IMG/VR virus record: IMGVR_UViG_3300032242_003291
Location: 124,001-188,000 of that record
DNA length: 64,000 bases
Strand: one strand, 5' to 3'
Part shown: piece by piece, positions 53,939-62,588 of the stretch
How the letters are laid out: every line of letters starts with the position of its first letter
How positions within the stretch are numbered: the stretch's first letter is position 1
Notes under the pieces: model-generated
The model's input: only the letters and a program-made list of their open reading frames with translations
Told to the model about the DNA's origin: nothing
Databases searched by the model: none
Made by a program: the position numbers and the translations under genes

Positions 53939-54361
53939 TTATTTCCTAACTCTGATGCCTTTTGGCTTTTTAGCATAGACATCGTACATTTTCTTTGTTT
54001 GCATACACCATTTTGTATCGCAATTATTGATAAATTTCATGAAACTATCATAATCATTAGGACCAAAAGTTTTTTCTTCAGAATAGTTTGTTGGTTCTTT
54101 TACTCTTATATCACTTGAGTCATACCAATCTTCACCTGCTGATGCAAATGGACCATTTTTAGGTTCTCTTGTTGGAGCTTTTGGTGGAAATTTTTCCATG
54201 TAGGCATCGAATTTATCCAAATCAATTTTTCCGTCAGTTCCCTTTAATTTTTCAAGTTCATGAGGATTGTCCCATTGCTCATCAATTGATTGTTCTTTAA
54301 CTACTCTTTTAACCAATCTTACTAAGTCAGATTCAGTTAATCTTACTATTTTCTTTGACAT
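53939..54361 (-). CDS. Hypothetical protein with VRLTESDL N-terminal motif
   Basis: MSKKIVRLTESDLVRLVKRVVKEQ; start corrected. Confidence 0.7.
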   Translation of the reverse strand: MSKKIVRLTESDLVRLVKRVVKEQSIDEQWDNPHELEKLKGTDGKIDLDKFDAYMEKFPPKAPTREPKNGPFASAGEDWYDSSDIRVKEPTNYSEEKTFGPNDYDSFMKFINNCDTKWCMQTKKMYDVYAKKPKGIRVRK

Positions 54362-54431
54362 CTTATTATTTTTATTATAAATATCCACCATAATCAAAAA
54401 TCCCCACCTTGTGAGTGGGGACTAGTTCCTT

Positions 54432-54719
54432 TTATCCTTCGGACTCTGTTTCGGCAGGTTCTGCTGTTTCAGTTGGTGCTGATTTAGGATTTTTTCCAAA
54501 GATTTTGTCGATAGAAGATAAACCCAAACAACCAAATGCCAACATTGCAACAGCATCTACTAATTCTTTTGATGGAGCTACCTCCATTTTAGTGAAACTA
54601 TTTTGATACATTGTTACACAAAGTGCAACTGTACATAATAGTCCACACAGACGTTTCATAGAAATTGTGCCGTGTTCATCCGAGAATAAACTCTTGATAG
54701 CGCTTAGAAATTTGTTCAT
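54432..54719 (-). CDS. Two-TM protein, possible holin
   Basis: Two hydrophobic helices, charged C-terminus, TATTTATA upstream. Confidence 0.45.
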   Translation of the reverse strand: MNKFLSAIKSLFSDEHGTISMKRLCGLLCTVALCVTMYQNSFTKMEVAPSKELVDAVAMLAFGCLGLSSIDKIFGKNPKSAPTETAEPAETESEG

Positions 54720-54750
54720 AATTAGGTAATTTACTAACTATAAATATCCG

Positions 54751-55752
54751 TTAAGGTATAATAGTCATGACTAACGTACTTGCATTTCCTCCTGAACCCC
54801 AACTCCAAGTGTATGTTCCACCACTTAATCCCAAACCTGAAATTGTGTTATTTGCGTAGGTTGCACTTCCACTAATAGTTGTGTTCGAAGTATATCCTGA
54901 AGGAACATATAATGTTCTTCCACTACCACCTGGAAGAATTCCGAATGTAGAACCAGAAGTTGACGTTACTGGAGTTCCTCCCGTACCAAAGCTTGTAGGA
55001 TAAGTAATTGTTCCTTGATATTGGTCTATAGTTACATTTGGTCCAATAGCCCAAATTGCTTGGTTTGCTTGGAATCCAGCCCCTATATTAAGGTTTGCAA
55101 CGAACGACAATGCTCCTAAATTAAATTTACCCGAACCATTCCATACAACGTTAGGTCCTTGTTGTGAAACTGTCACTGTAAAGTCACCAGTTGCACCTGA
55201 TGTAGGAGTTGGTGTAGGTGTTGCAGAAATTGGTGTTCCTGTTGGCGTTTGAGTATGTGTAACACTTGGAGTTGGTGTATTAGTTTGTGTAACACTTGGT
55301 GTCGGTGTTGGTACAACAGGACTAGCCGTTGGTGTTGACGTAACCGATAATGTAGCTGTTGGCGTTGGTGTTATTGAATTAAAAGATGTCCAATATCCAT
55401 TCGCAGCTAACCATGCCGAAGCATCTGATGTATTTGTAAATGGAGGAAATCCAATTCTTGGAGGAATTGAGTTACATAAATCTAAAAAAGATTGGTCTGT
55501 AAGTGCTGAACTTCTCCAAAATCCTAAATAAGCTGGTGTTGATGGTTCACCATTATGACCACCTGTTGGGTCAGTATGAGCTATGACGTAACCATTAGTT
55601 TCATCTGGTCCACCCCACCACTGAACACCTCCGTAGTTATCACTGTATTGTGTTGCAATATCACTAATTGCAATATCTCCGACTTGAGATGTTCCTGAAA
55701 TAGGTGCTCCTGTATTATATGCGAATATTTTTTGAATTGGTACTATAGCCAT
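54751..55752 (-). CDS. Fibre/decoration-like protein: shared N-domain, Pro/Thr linker, beta-rich C-domain
   Basis: N-domain AYNTG…GVQWWGGPD…LGFWRS; TPTPT repeats. Confidence 0.7.
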   Translation of the reverse strand: MAIVPIQKIFAYNTGAPISGTSQVGDIAISDIATQYSDNYGGVQWWGGPDETNGYVIAHTDPTGGHNGEPSTPAYLGFWRSSALTDQSFLDLCNSIPPRIGFPPFTNTSDASAWLAANGYWTSFNSITPTPTATLSVTSTPTASPVVPTPTPSVTQTNTPTPSVTHTQTPTGTPISATPTPTPTSGATGDFTVTVSQQGPNVVWNGSGKFNLGALSFVANLNIGAGFQANQAIWAIGPNVTIDQYQGTITYPTSFGTGGTPVTSTSGSTFGILPGGSGRTLYVPSGYTSNTTISGSATYANNTISGLGLSGGTYTWSWGSGGNASTLVMTIIP

Positions 55753-55817
55753 GGTATTTTACTTATTAAACAATAAATATATAAAAAAAGGAGATTTTTT
55801 AGGTCTCCTTTTTAATT

Positions 55818-56540
55818 TTATACTAATCTTTCTATTGTAATCATGTTGTTATTGTAACTCACACCGATTATCACTGATATTCTCCATGAAATACCACTGC
55901 CTGTGTCCATGATTAACCATTGGTCAGTGTAACCAGCACGACTAAAATTATTACTTGGTGCGAGGTAAGTTGGTGTTGTTGTGACTGACACTGGTGTTGC
56001 CCCATCAATAAATCCCGTACCAACTCCTCCAGCAGTATAAACGCCACTTCCATAAACACTATATGAACCCGTTACAGTTGATACTTGTAAACTACGATTA
56101 CCTGATGTTGGTATTCTGGCTTTGAGATTTCCTAACGTTACATCTACACCAGCATTTACTAAACCACTAGCCTTTGTTAAAAGCTCCGCACCAACTCCTG
56201 TAGGTGCTTTACTCAAATCAATATAAACACCTCTTGCATTCCCACCTTGTTCAAAAAATCTTAACCTATTTTGATATGCATCAATTGTTGTTCCACCACT
56301 TAATGTACTATTGGGTGGTTTTGCAAGATTTATTTCTCCACCCTCATCTCCTGTTGCATTTGTGGAAATTAAGTATCTACCCCTAATATCGTTAGTAGTA
56401 GTTATTCCTGATAATGACCCAAGTAATGAGTCTATTGAAACTTTGTAAGTTTGTGTTAACCCTGCATTATCAATAACGACATAAACACCTGTGGTGTCTC
56501 CTGTAAATGTTGCTAATGCACTTATTTTTGTATTTGCCAT
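55818..56540 (-). CDS. Fibre-like protein, MANTKISAL family
   Basis: N-terminus shared with 56542..57036; Gly/Thr-rich. Confidence 0.65.
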   Translation of the reverse strand: MANTKISALATFTGDTTGVYVVIDNAGLTQTYKVSIDSLLGSLSGITTTNDIRGRYLISTNATGDEGGEINLAKPPNSTLSGGTTIDAYQNRLRFFEQGGNARGVYIDLSKAPTGVGAELLTKASGLVNAGVDVTLGNLKARIPTSGNRSLQVSTVTGSYSVYGSGVYTAGGVGTGFIDGATPVSVTTTPTYLAPSNNFSRAGYTDQWLIMDTGSGISWRISVIIGVSYNNNMITIERLV

Positions 56541-56541
56541 T

Positions 56542-57036
56542 TTAACTTATTTTAGTATATCCGTAATAAACTTCCTGAGATGCACCACTGTTATTTGTTA
56601 TTCCGAATGTAAAGGTATTTGTATTCGAAACTGCTGGTGACGAATTACTAATAGTTCCCGCAGTTCCAATTATTTGACTTGGTATTGATGTTAATACCAA
56701 AGCGTTTCCCGCAGCATAATACCAACCATATTGTACACCTATTACAGGTACGTTTAAGTTTGATAGTGTTACTGTTGCATTCCAATTAACAATACCGTTT
56801 GGAATGTTTCCATTCACCCACATAACATATGATTGACCTCCAGTGACTGTAAAACTAACTGTATTTGCACCTGTGGTCAAAGTCCAACTTCCTGTTACAG
56901 TTGTAACCGCTGCACCTAATAAGGTCTCTTTAGTAACTTTATAAGTTTGGGTCAGTCCACTATTATCCATTACAAGATAAGCACCTGTGGTGTTTCCTGT
57001 GTATAGTGGTAATGCACTTATTTTTGTATTTGCCAT
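56542..57036 (-). CDS. Fibre-like protein, MANTKISAL family
   Basis: N-terminal ~40 aa paralogous to 55818..56540. Confidence 0.65.
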   Translation of the reverse strand: MANTKISALPLYTGNTTGAYLVMDNSGLTQTYKVTKETLLGAAVTTVTGSWTLTTGANTVSFTVTGGQSYVMWVNGNIPNGIVNWNATVTLSNLNVPVIGVQYGWYYAAGNALVLTSIPSQIIGTAGTISNSSPAVSNTNTFTFGITNNSGASQEVYYGYTKIS

Positions 57037-57047
57037 TTTATTCTATT

Positions 57048-59213
57048 TTATATTACATCTATTTCAATATTATCGTTATTTTCCGCTGTGGCTATTGAAC
57101 TATCTTCAAATAACAAGAAGTATGGTGGTGGTGTAACAGACGGTGTTGGAGTGTTTGTAGTTGTTACTGTAGGAGTTACTGTTTTGGTTGGAGTTACTGA
57201 TGGAGTATTTGTAGTTGTTGGAGTAGGTGTTATTTCCACAAATCTTGGTGCCAAGTAATTGTATTGTTGTGTTATTTCAGCAAGGCTTAATTGTCTATTG
57301 TAGAAAAACATGTTGGCAACATGTCCCCAAGGTTGAGCAACAACATCATTATTACCCCATCCCCAATGTCTAGTTCCACCTGCACCTTCATTGATTGTAC
57401 TTCCCACTTGTGTACCATTTAGGTAGAATGTTTGAGATGTATTTGTTCCAACTACTGCTAACTGAACCCAAACACTTGCGGAAGATGAAATATCATATGT
57501 TGAACTTACAAATCCTGTCGCCCAATATCCTAATGTACTTGTTCCATTAGGGATAGTAATTGGTGTGATTTTAGGAGGGCCGCTCGTGTAAAGTAATGTT
57601 CTAAATCCAGCGGTGCTTGGCATCAATCTTGCCCAAGTAATATATGTGTATCCTGAATTCGGTAATGTAGGTCCTGTTGCGTTGTAATTAACTCTATTAG
57701 TTCCTGTTGTACAATCAAAACATTTTATACCATTTAGAACGGTGTAAGTAGCACCTATTAATGTATGATTATATCCACTTGTTATATCGTATACTGTTGT
57801 TCCTGTACCAGGGTAACTTGAACTATTGTATGCGTCAAGTTGAATAACCAATCCTGAAGTTACAATATTTGCAGTAGGTGTTACAGTTGGTGTTTGGCTT
57901 GCAGTAATACTTGGCGTTGGAGTAGGACTTGGAGTTCCTGCAGCAAATACAATTGAATTACCTACTAATTTTGTTAATGGTGAAGTCGCATCACTTATCC
58001 CACCAGGAAATGCATTTATACTTACAAGTGTTGAACTACCAACTTGTCTTGCCGCTACTAAAGGGGCTGAGTTGGAGCTGTACGATGCATAGAGTGTTGA
58101 CCCAGCAACTAACGTTGGAGAAGCGTTTGTTAAAGTAAATCCAACTGTAGTTCCAATACCATTTGTTATTGTGGATGGAGTATTCACGGTGAAATTACCA
58201 CCATCATTAGATTGAGAATTAGTAACGTTAAATGCAGTTGTACCTGTGAAGTTATATCCTGATGGATACAAATTCCATAAGAATACTCCTGAAACTAAAT
58301 TACCACCTCCATTAACATAACTTGTAAGTGCGGTTGCCAAAGTTGCAGTTCCTGTCTGACCACCATTAGTCCATAATAATACAACATCATAGTTGGCTTT
58401 GGTGATATTACCACTACCTGTATATGTTGTACCAATTGTTACCGCTGAATAAGTGATAGGATGTCCTGTCGTACTTAAATAAGTTGATAAATAACCTCCA
58501 ATAGCAGGAGCTCCACCATCACCTAAGACTAAGACCTTAATTGGTACAAGATTCGTTGGTGTCACAGTTGGAGTATTTGTTGGTGTTGAAGTTTGGCTAG
58601 CAGTTACACTCGGGCTCGGTGTCACAGTTTGAGTAATTGTAGGTGTCTGAGTAATTGTAGGTGTTTGAGTTAACGTTGGCGTTTGTGTTGTAGTCGGTGT
58701 TGGTGTCTGAGTAATTGTAGGTGTTTGAGTTAACGTTGGCGTTTGTGTTGTAGTCGGTGTCACAGTTGGCGTAGATGTGACTTGTGGTGTTGCAGTTTGA
58801 GTAACTGTTGGAGTTGGTGTTGGTAAATTAAAACTTGTGTAATAACCATTACTTTGCAACCAATTTTCCGCATCTGCAGTTGTTGCAAATGGAGGTTGCC
58901 CGTTCTTAGCTCCAATATAATTTGCTAAATCTAAAAAAGATTGGTCGGTGTGATATTTTGACCTCCAAAACCCAACAGAACCTGTTCCTACAACCCCTGG
59001 AGGAACTGGTTGACCTGAAGGTCTTGCATTTCCAACTACATAACCTAAATAATCAGTTTCTAACGGTCCACCCCACCATTTCAATCCAGCATAATCAGAA
59101 CTATAATCTGTATTAATATCACCAACAGCAACATCACCATATTCTGTTGTTCCTGAAATTGGTGATAAACTTGGATTATATGCGAAGGGTCTTGTAGTTC
59201 CTGTTACTGACAT
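57048..59213 (-). CDS. Fibre/decoration-like protein with Pro/Thr linkers and LamG-like domain
   Basis: Shared N-domain; TPTxT repeats; GLVIQLDA…YPGTGTT…WVQLAVV…FYLNG…FYNRQLSLAEITQQY. Confidence 0.75.
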   Translation of the reverse strand: MSVTGTTRPFAYNPSLSPISGTTEYGDVAVGDINTDYSSDYAGLKWWGGPLETDYLGYVVGNARPSGQPVPPGVVGTGSVGFWRSKYHTDQSFLDLANYIGAKNGQPPFATTADAENWLQSNGYYTSFNLPTPTPTVTQTATPQVTSTPTVTPTTTQTPTLTQTPTITQTPTPTTTQTPTLTQTPTITQTPTITQTVTPSPSVTASQTSTPTNTPTVTPTNLVPIKVLVLGDGGAPAIGGYLSTYLSTTGHPITYSAVTIGTTYTGSGNITKANYDVVLLWTNGGQTGTATLATALTSYVNGGGNLVSGVFLWNLYPSGYNFTGTTAFNVTNSQSNDGGNFTVNTPSTITNGIGTTVGFTLTNASPTLVAGSTLYASYSSNSAPLVAARQVGSSTLVSINAFPGGISDATSPLTKLVGNSIVFAAGTPSPTPTPSITASQTPTVTPTANIVTSGLVIQLDAYNSSSYPGTGTTVYDITSGYNHTLIGATYTVLNGIKCFDCTTGTNRVNYNATGPTLPNSGYTYITWARLMPSTAGFRTLLYTSGPPKITPITIPNGTSTLGYWATGFVSSTYDISSSASVWVQLAVVGTNTSQTFYLNGTQVGSTINEGAGGTRHWGWGNNDVVAQPWGHVANMFFYNRQLSLAEITQQYNYLAPRFVEITPTPTTTNTPSVTPTKTVTPTVTTTNTPTPSVTPPPYFLLFEDSSIATAENNDNIEIDVI
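58642..58760. repeat. Tandem 60-nt direct repeat encoding a 20-aa Pro/Thr linker unit
   Basis: ggtgtctgagtaattgtaggtgtttgagttaacgttggcgtttgtgttgtagtcggtgt at 58642 and 58702. Confidence 0.9.
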
Positions 59214-59308
59214 GACAATAGATTGAATTTTATTTTAATAACAATAAATACTTTACAAATAAAAAAACCCTCCGATAATGGAGGGCTTAATTTTTTTTCT
59301 TTGGTGGA

Positions 59309-59476
59309 TTACAATGCCGCTTGTTCTGCTGCAAGTGCTGCGTCAGCCGCAACTTGTGCGTCTTGAATCGCTAACAACTGTAAGTCAGCCGCAACTTGTG
59401 CGTCTTGAATTGCTAATAATTGTAAATTAGCTGCAACTTCTGCGTCTTGTATCGCCAATAATTCCTCGTCTGTCAT
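59309..59476 (-). CDS. 55-aa protein made of 14-aa tandem repeats (below ORF-track cutoff)
   Basis: MTDEELLAIQDAEVAANLQLLAIQDAQVAADLQLLAIQDAQVAADAALAAEQAAL; TATTTAT upstream, terminator downstream. Confidence 0.75.
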   Translation of the reverse strand: MTDEELLAIQDAEVAANLQLLAIQDAQVAADLQLLAIQDAQVAADAALAAEQAAL

Positions 59477-59500
59477 AGTAATAGATTTGATAATAAATAT

Positions 59501-60172
59501 CTAAATTAAATCAAATAGAATAATTTCTGATTCTATGTTTGGATTAATTTTTATTTCTGATTCTTCAATAAAACTAAGTCCATCACCTTCAATAAGGGAT
59601 AAATCATTTATTGTTGTTTCACCAGAAATAACATATAAATAATATTTGCGAGAATTATTAATCTCAAATGTGAAATCTTCTGTGAATATTCCTGATAATA
59701 ATTTGGCATCTTGTTTGATTGGTAATTTTTCTGTAACATCACAAAACTTATTAAGTTTGTCTTCTCTTGTAAATTGATACCATTCGTGAATTGGTTCTGT
59801 ATCAAAAACGTTTGGTTCAATCCATAACTGTAAATAACGATTTGGTTTGTCAGATGCATTTCCTTCGGTATGTTTTATACTTGTACCTGTACTCATTCTT
59901 TGAACTGCTCCAGCTGGAATATCTAAAATGTTTCCGTGACTATCTGTGTGTCTACAAACTCCTTCAACAACATAACCGAATATTTCCATATTCTTATGTT
60001 CATGAATTGGAACATGACCTCCTGGTTGAACTCTATCATCATTAATTGTTTGAAGATGACCAAAGTTCATATAGTTTGGGTCAAAATAACCAGGAAAACT
60101 AAATGTTCTATATGAATTAATCCAATCTGCTCTCGGATTTCCTCGAGTATGTGCAGGTCTGTAGATTACCAT
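59501..60172 (-). CDS. Pirin family protein (YhhW-like)
   Basis: RTFSF…MNFGHLQTINDD…HEHKNMEI…HTDSHGN…VQRMSTGTSIKHTE…LQLWIEP. Confidence 0.92.
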   Translation of the reverse strand: MVIYRPAHTRGNPRADWINSYRTFSFPGYFDPNYMNFGHLQTINDDRVQPGGHVPIHEHKNMEIFGYVVEGVCRHTDSHGNILDIPAGAVQRMSTGTSIKHTEGNASDKPNRYLQLWIEPNVFDTEPIHEWYQFTREDKLNKFCDVTEKLPIKQDAKLLSGIFTEDFTFEINNSRKYYLYVISGETTINDLSLIEGDGLSFIEESEIKINPNIESEIILFDLI

Positions 60173-60183
60173 GTTATCTTAAA

Positions 60184-61404
60184 TTAACACCAATCTACTT
60201 TATTAATTAATGGTGTGATAAATGTAAATTTAGCTGGAAAATTGAATGTTCCAGGTAAGTTTAATCCGTTATTGTTATTTTGTTGTGTGAAAGAACTATC
60301 AATCCCATCAACCGATGTTACAAAGAATTGACTTCCGTTAAAAGCAATTTTCGCCAATCCACTTGGATAGGTACTACCCGCACCCCACTGTACCAAAGCA
60401 ATATAACCATTGTAATTTTCAGGTGCACCAACAGCATTAAATGCATTATTTATTTCTGTTGTGTCATTCAATTGTCCATAAACACCGTGATACAAGTTGT
60501 TAATTTGATTTGTCACGGTAAATCCTGTAGTACCATTAGGTGAACCATATTGTGCTTGACCCGCACTGTTGAGATAATTCAACATTGACGAATTTATTGT
60601 AAATGAATAACCTGAAGGATATATTTCTTGGTAAATGTTTGTCACATCCGAAACATTGAAATCACCTGATGCAAAAGATGTTACACATAAAGAACCTGGA
60701 ACAGCATTTCCATATACATAATCCGAAGTAACTTCTCCACCATTAGAATCAAATGCATCATTTGTAAATGAATATGTCACACTATTACTTCCTTGTGTTA
60801 ACGTTAAATTTCCATAATTTCCAAGTAATTGACTAAAATTGCTTGCGTTATTTGAACCTGCTAAATTGTTATTATTAATATAAAGTTGAGTCATAGTCAC
60901 TCCGCTATTAGTAAACTGCCCAACATCATTTGGATTTGGGTCTCCTTGACCAGCAGCATGATTTGGGAATGTTATTTGACCGTTAAATCCTGCATCATTG
61001 TAAATGTCGGCAAAACGCCAGTAACCATACGTATTCCAAAAACCATTTAGGGTTAACCAACTGCTAGCATCGGTTGCTGCCGAAAATGTTTGAGGGTTAT
61101 TATACAATATTGACACTTCTTGAGCCAATCCAATAAATTCATTATCATCAGTAGTATTTGTTTGGAAAAATCCAACTGATGCGGTTACTCCAGATAAATC
61201 GGTTGGTTGAGTATTCCCTGATACAGGAACTCCAATTATATATCCGTTATTTTGGTCAGGGCTCATCCAAAAAGGAACTCCCCCTGGGTTTAGACTATAT
61301 TCTTGGTAGCTTCTTCCTACCGCTAAATTTCCTATTTGAGCTGTTCCCGTAATCGGTGAACCTGTATTATACGCTAAAGGTGCTGATACTATTGGTTGAG
61401 ACAT
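60184..61404 (-). CDS. Fibre/decoration-like protein with shared N-domain and distinct C-region
   Basis: AYNTGSPITGTAQIGNLAV…WMSPD…VGFFQT N-domain; Asn/Gly/Thr-rich. Confidence 0.7.
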   Translation of the reverse strand: MSQPIVSAPLAYNTGSPITGTAQIGNLAVGRSYQEYSLNPGGVPFWMSPDQNNGYIIGVPVSGNTQPTDLSGVTASVGFFQTNTTDDNEFIGLAQEVSILYNNPQTFSAATDASSWLTLNGFWNTYGYWRFADIYNDAGFNGQITFPNHAAGQGDPNPNDVGQFTNSGVTMTQLYINNNNLAGSNNASNFSQLLGNYGNLTLTQGSNSVTYSFTNDAFDSNGGEVTSDYVYGNAVPGSLCVTSFASGDFNVSDVTNIYQEIYPSGYSFTINSSMLNYLNSAGQAQYGSPNGTTGFTVTNQINNLYHGVYGQLNDTTEINNAFNAVGAPENYNGYIALVQWGAGSTYPSGLAKIAFNGSQFFVTSVDGIDSSFTQQNNNNGLNLPGTFNFPAKFTFITPLINKVDWC

Positions 61405-61437
61405 TTTTCTTTTTTCTTATAAATAGTTAGATAGCAC

Positions 61438-61466
61438 AAAAAAAAAGGAGACACCGTCGTGTCTCC
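61438..61466 (-). terminator. Intrinsic terminator
   Basis: GGAGACAC-GACG-GTGTCTCC plus T-tract. Confidence 0.85.
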
Positions 61467-61584
61467 CCGAGTGTCCCCGTCAGGACAAAGTTGTGAGATT
61501 TTTGAGATGGCTGGGTAAATCATCAACACCCATGAAGTCGGACAAACTTCTGTTTTAGTTCTAATCCAAAACATCCAAAATGAC

Positions 61585-61737
61585 CTAGTGTTTTTGTCTA
61601 ATTAAGGTCAGACAAAGGAAACTATCCATTAAGACCTCCCGTGTTTCATTCAACTTTTTTCTAATTTGTAGCGCGGAGAAGAAAAGTGTTAGGGCGAGTA
61701 TGGGGAACCACCACTGAAAAAACATTCCGCTGTCCAT
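61585..61737 (-). CDS. Possible 50-aa hydrophobic peptide on a structured transcript
   Basis: MDSGMFFQWWFPILALTLFFSALQIRKKLNETREVLMDSFLCLTLIRQKH directly after TATCTTTG; atypical G/C-ending codons. Confidence 0.3.
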   Translation of the reverse strand: MDSGMFFQWWFPILALTLFFSALQIRKKLNETREVLMDSFLCLTLIRQKH

Positions 61738-61828
61738 TTCTTTTCAAAGATAAGATAAGTCTTTCAACTTGTCAAATTCTTTTGGCGAAAATTCCGAAAT
61801 AAAACGTCTTTATTCCGAAGGACTTTCG

Positions 61829-61920
61829 TGGTTGGGAGTGGAATCGAACCACTGGCACACCGCTTTCACACAGCTGCTCTACCTATGTTAAGTCACCTTA
61901 ACAACTGAGCTACCTCAACC
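61829..61920 (-). ncRNA. tRNA-like RNA (Phe-like GAA) with extra D-loop hairpin and 6-nt anticodon loop
   Basis: GGTTGAG/CCCAACC acceptor, GCTC/GAGC D-stem, TGTTAAG-GTGA-CTTAACA insert, AGTGG-TTCGATT-CCACT T-arm. Confidence 0.75.
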
Positions 61921-62064
61921 ATAATATTTCTAAGAACTATTATCGAGATTTCAAACCATTTGGTGTAGTAAACTTGTTACTCTCACTTCAGGTACATTTT
62001 TATTGTCCTCCCGATTTCTATACAAAGATAAGAACTTTTTTACAAACCGTCAAATCTTTTTTTC

Positions 62065-62112
62065 TGAGTTTGGATACCGAGTATCTTTCATCACCTATAA
62101 GTTCCAAACTCA
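62065..62112 (-). ncRNA. Candidate short hairpin RNA after a host-type promoter
   Basis: Perfect 10-bp TGAGTTTGGA/TCCAAACTCA stem; TATCTTTG box at 62116-62123. Confidence 0.4.
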
Positions 62113-62134
62113 TTACAAAGATATAAAAAACTTT

Positions 62135-62389
62135 TTAATTAAACAACATCCATCCCAACTTATTTTGTTCTTGATATTGAGAATAAGTACATTTACGTAA
62201 AGACTTATAATCAGGTCTTAATTTTACATGTTCAGGATATTTCTTTTCAGATTCAATCCTTTCTTTCATGATACGTTTATATGCTTCTTTCTTACTCGAA
62301 GCCCATACATCGTTAAAACCACCACCAATCCAATTGAATAAATAAAGATATTCTCCTGTTGGACTTCTGAAAAGTTTTTCTTTTGTCAT
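62135..62389 (-). CDS. Hypothetical protein
   Basis: 84-aa ORF after TATCTTTG box at 62411-62418. Confidence 0.7.
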   Translation of the reverse strand: MTKEKLFRSPTGEYLYLFNWIGGGFNDVWASSKKEAYKRIMKERIESEKKYPEHVKLRPDYKSLRKCTYSQYQEQNKLGWMLFN

Positions 62390-62588
62390 ATTGTTTCTCT
62401 ATTTGTTTCACAAAGATAAGAACTATTTCTGAATCCACCAAACTTTTTTTTAAGTACAGGGTGGGAATTTTTCCAGTCTCCCACCCCGTGGCTTTTGAGT
62501 ATTTTAGAATCAGAATACAAATATAGAAAGTATTTTTTACATCACCAAATTTTTTTTGAAAGATAGTATTTATTAAAAAATCTAATAC

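Noticed and set aside
54751-61404. Diversity-generating retroelement acting on fibre genes
   Set aside because: No reverse transcriptase and no adenine-specific template/variable repeat pair seen; repeats are linker duplications
61389-61574. Track ORF MFWIRTK…
   Set aside because: Crosses a strong terminator and has no plausible start context
61780-61828. GAAAGTCC resembling the RNase P RNA conserved motif
   Set aside because: It is one arm of a simple long hairpin after the tRNA-like RNA; no other RNase P regions are present
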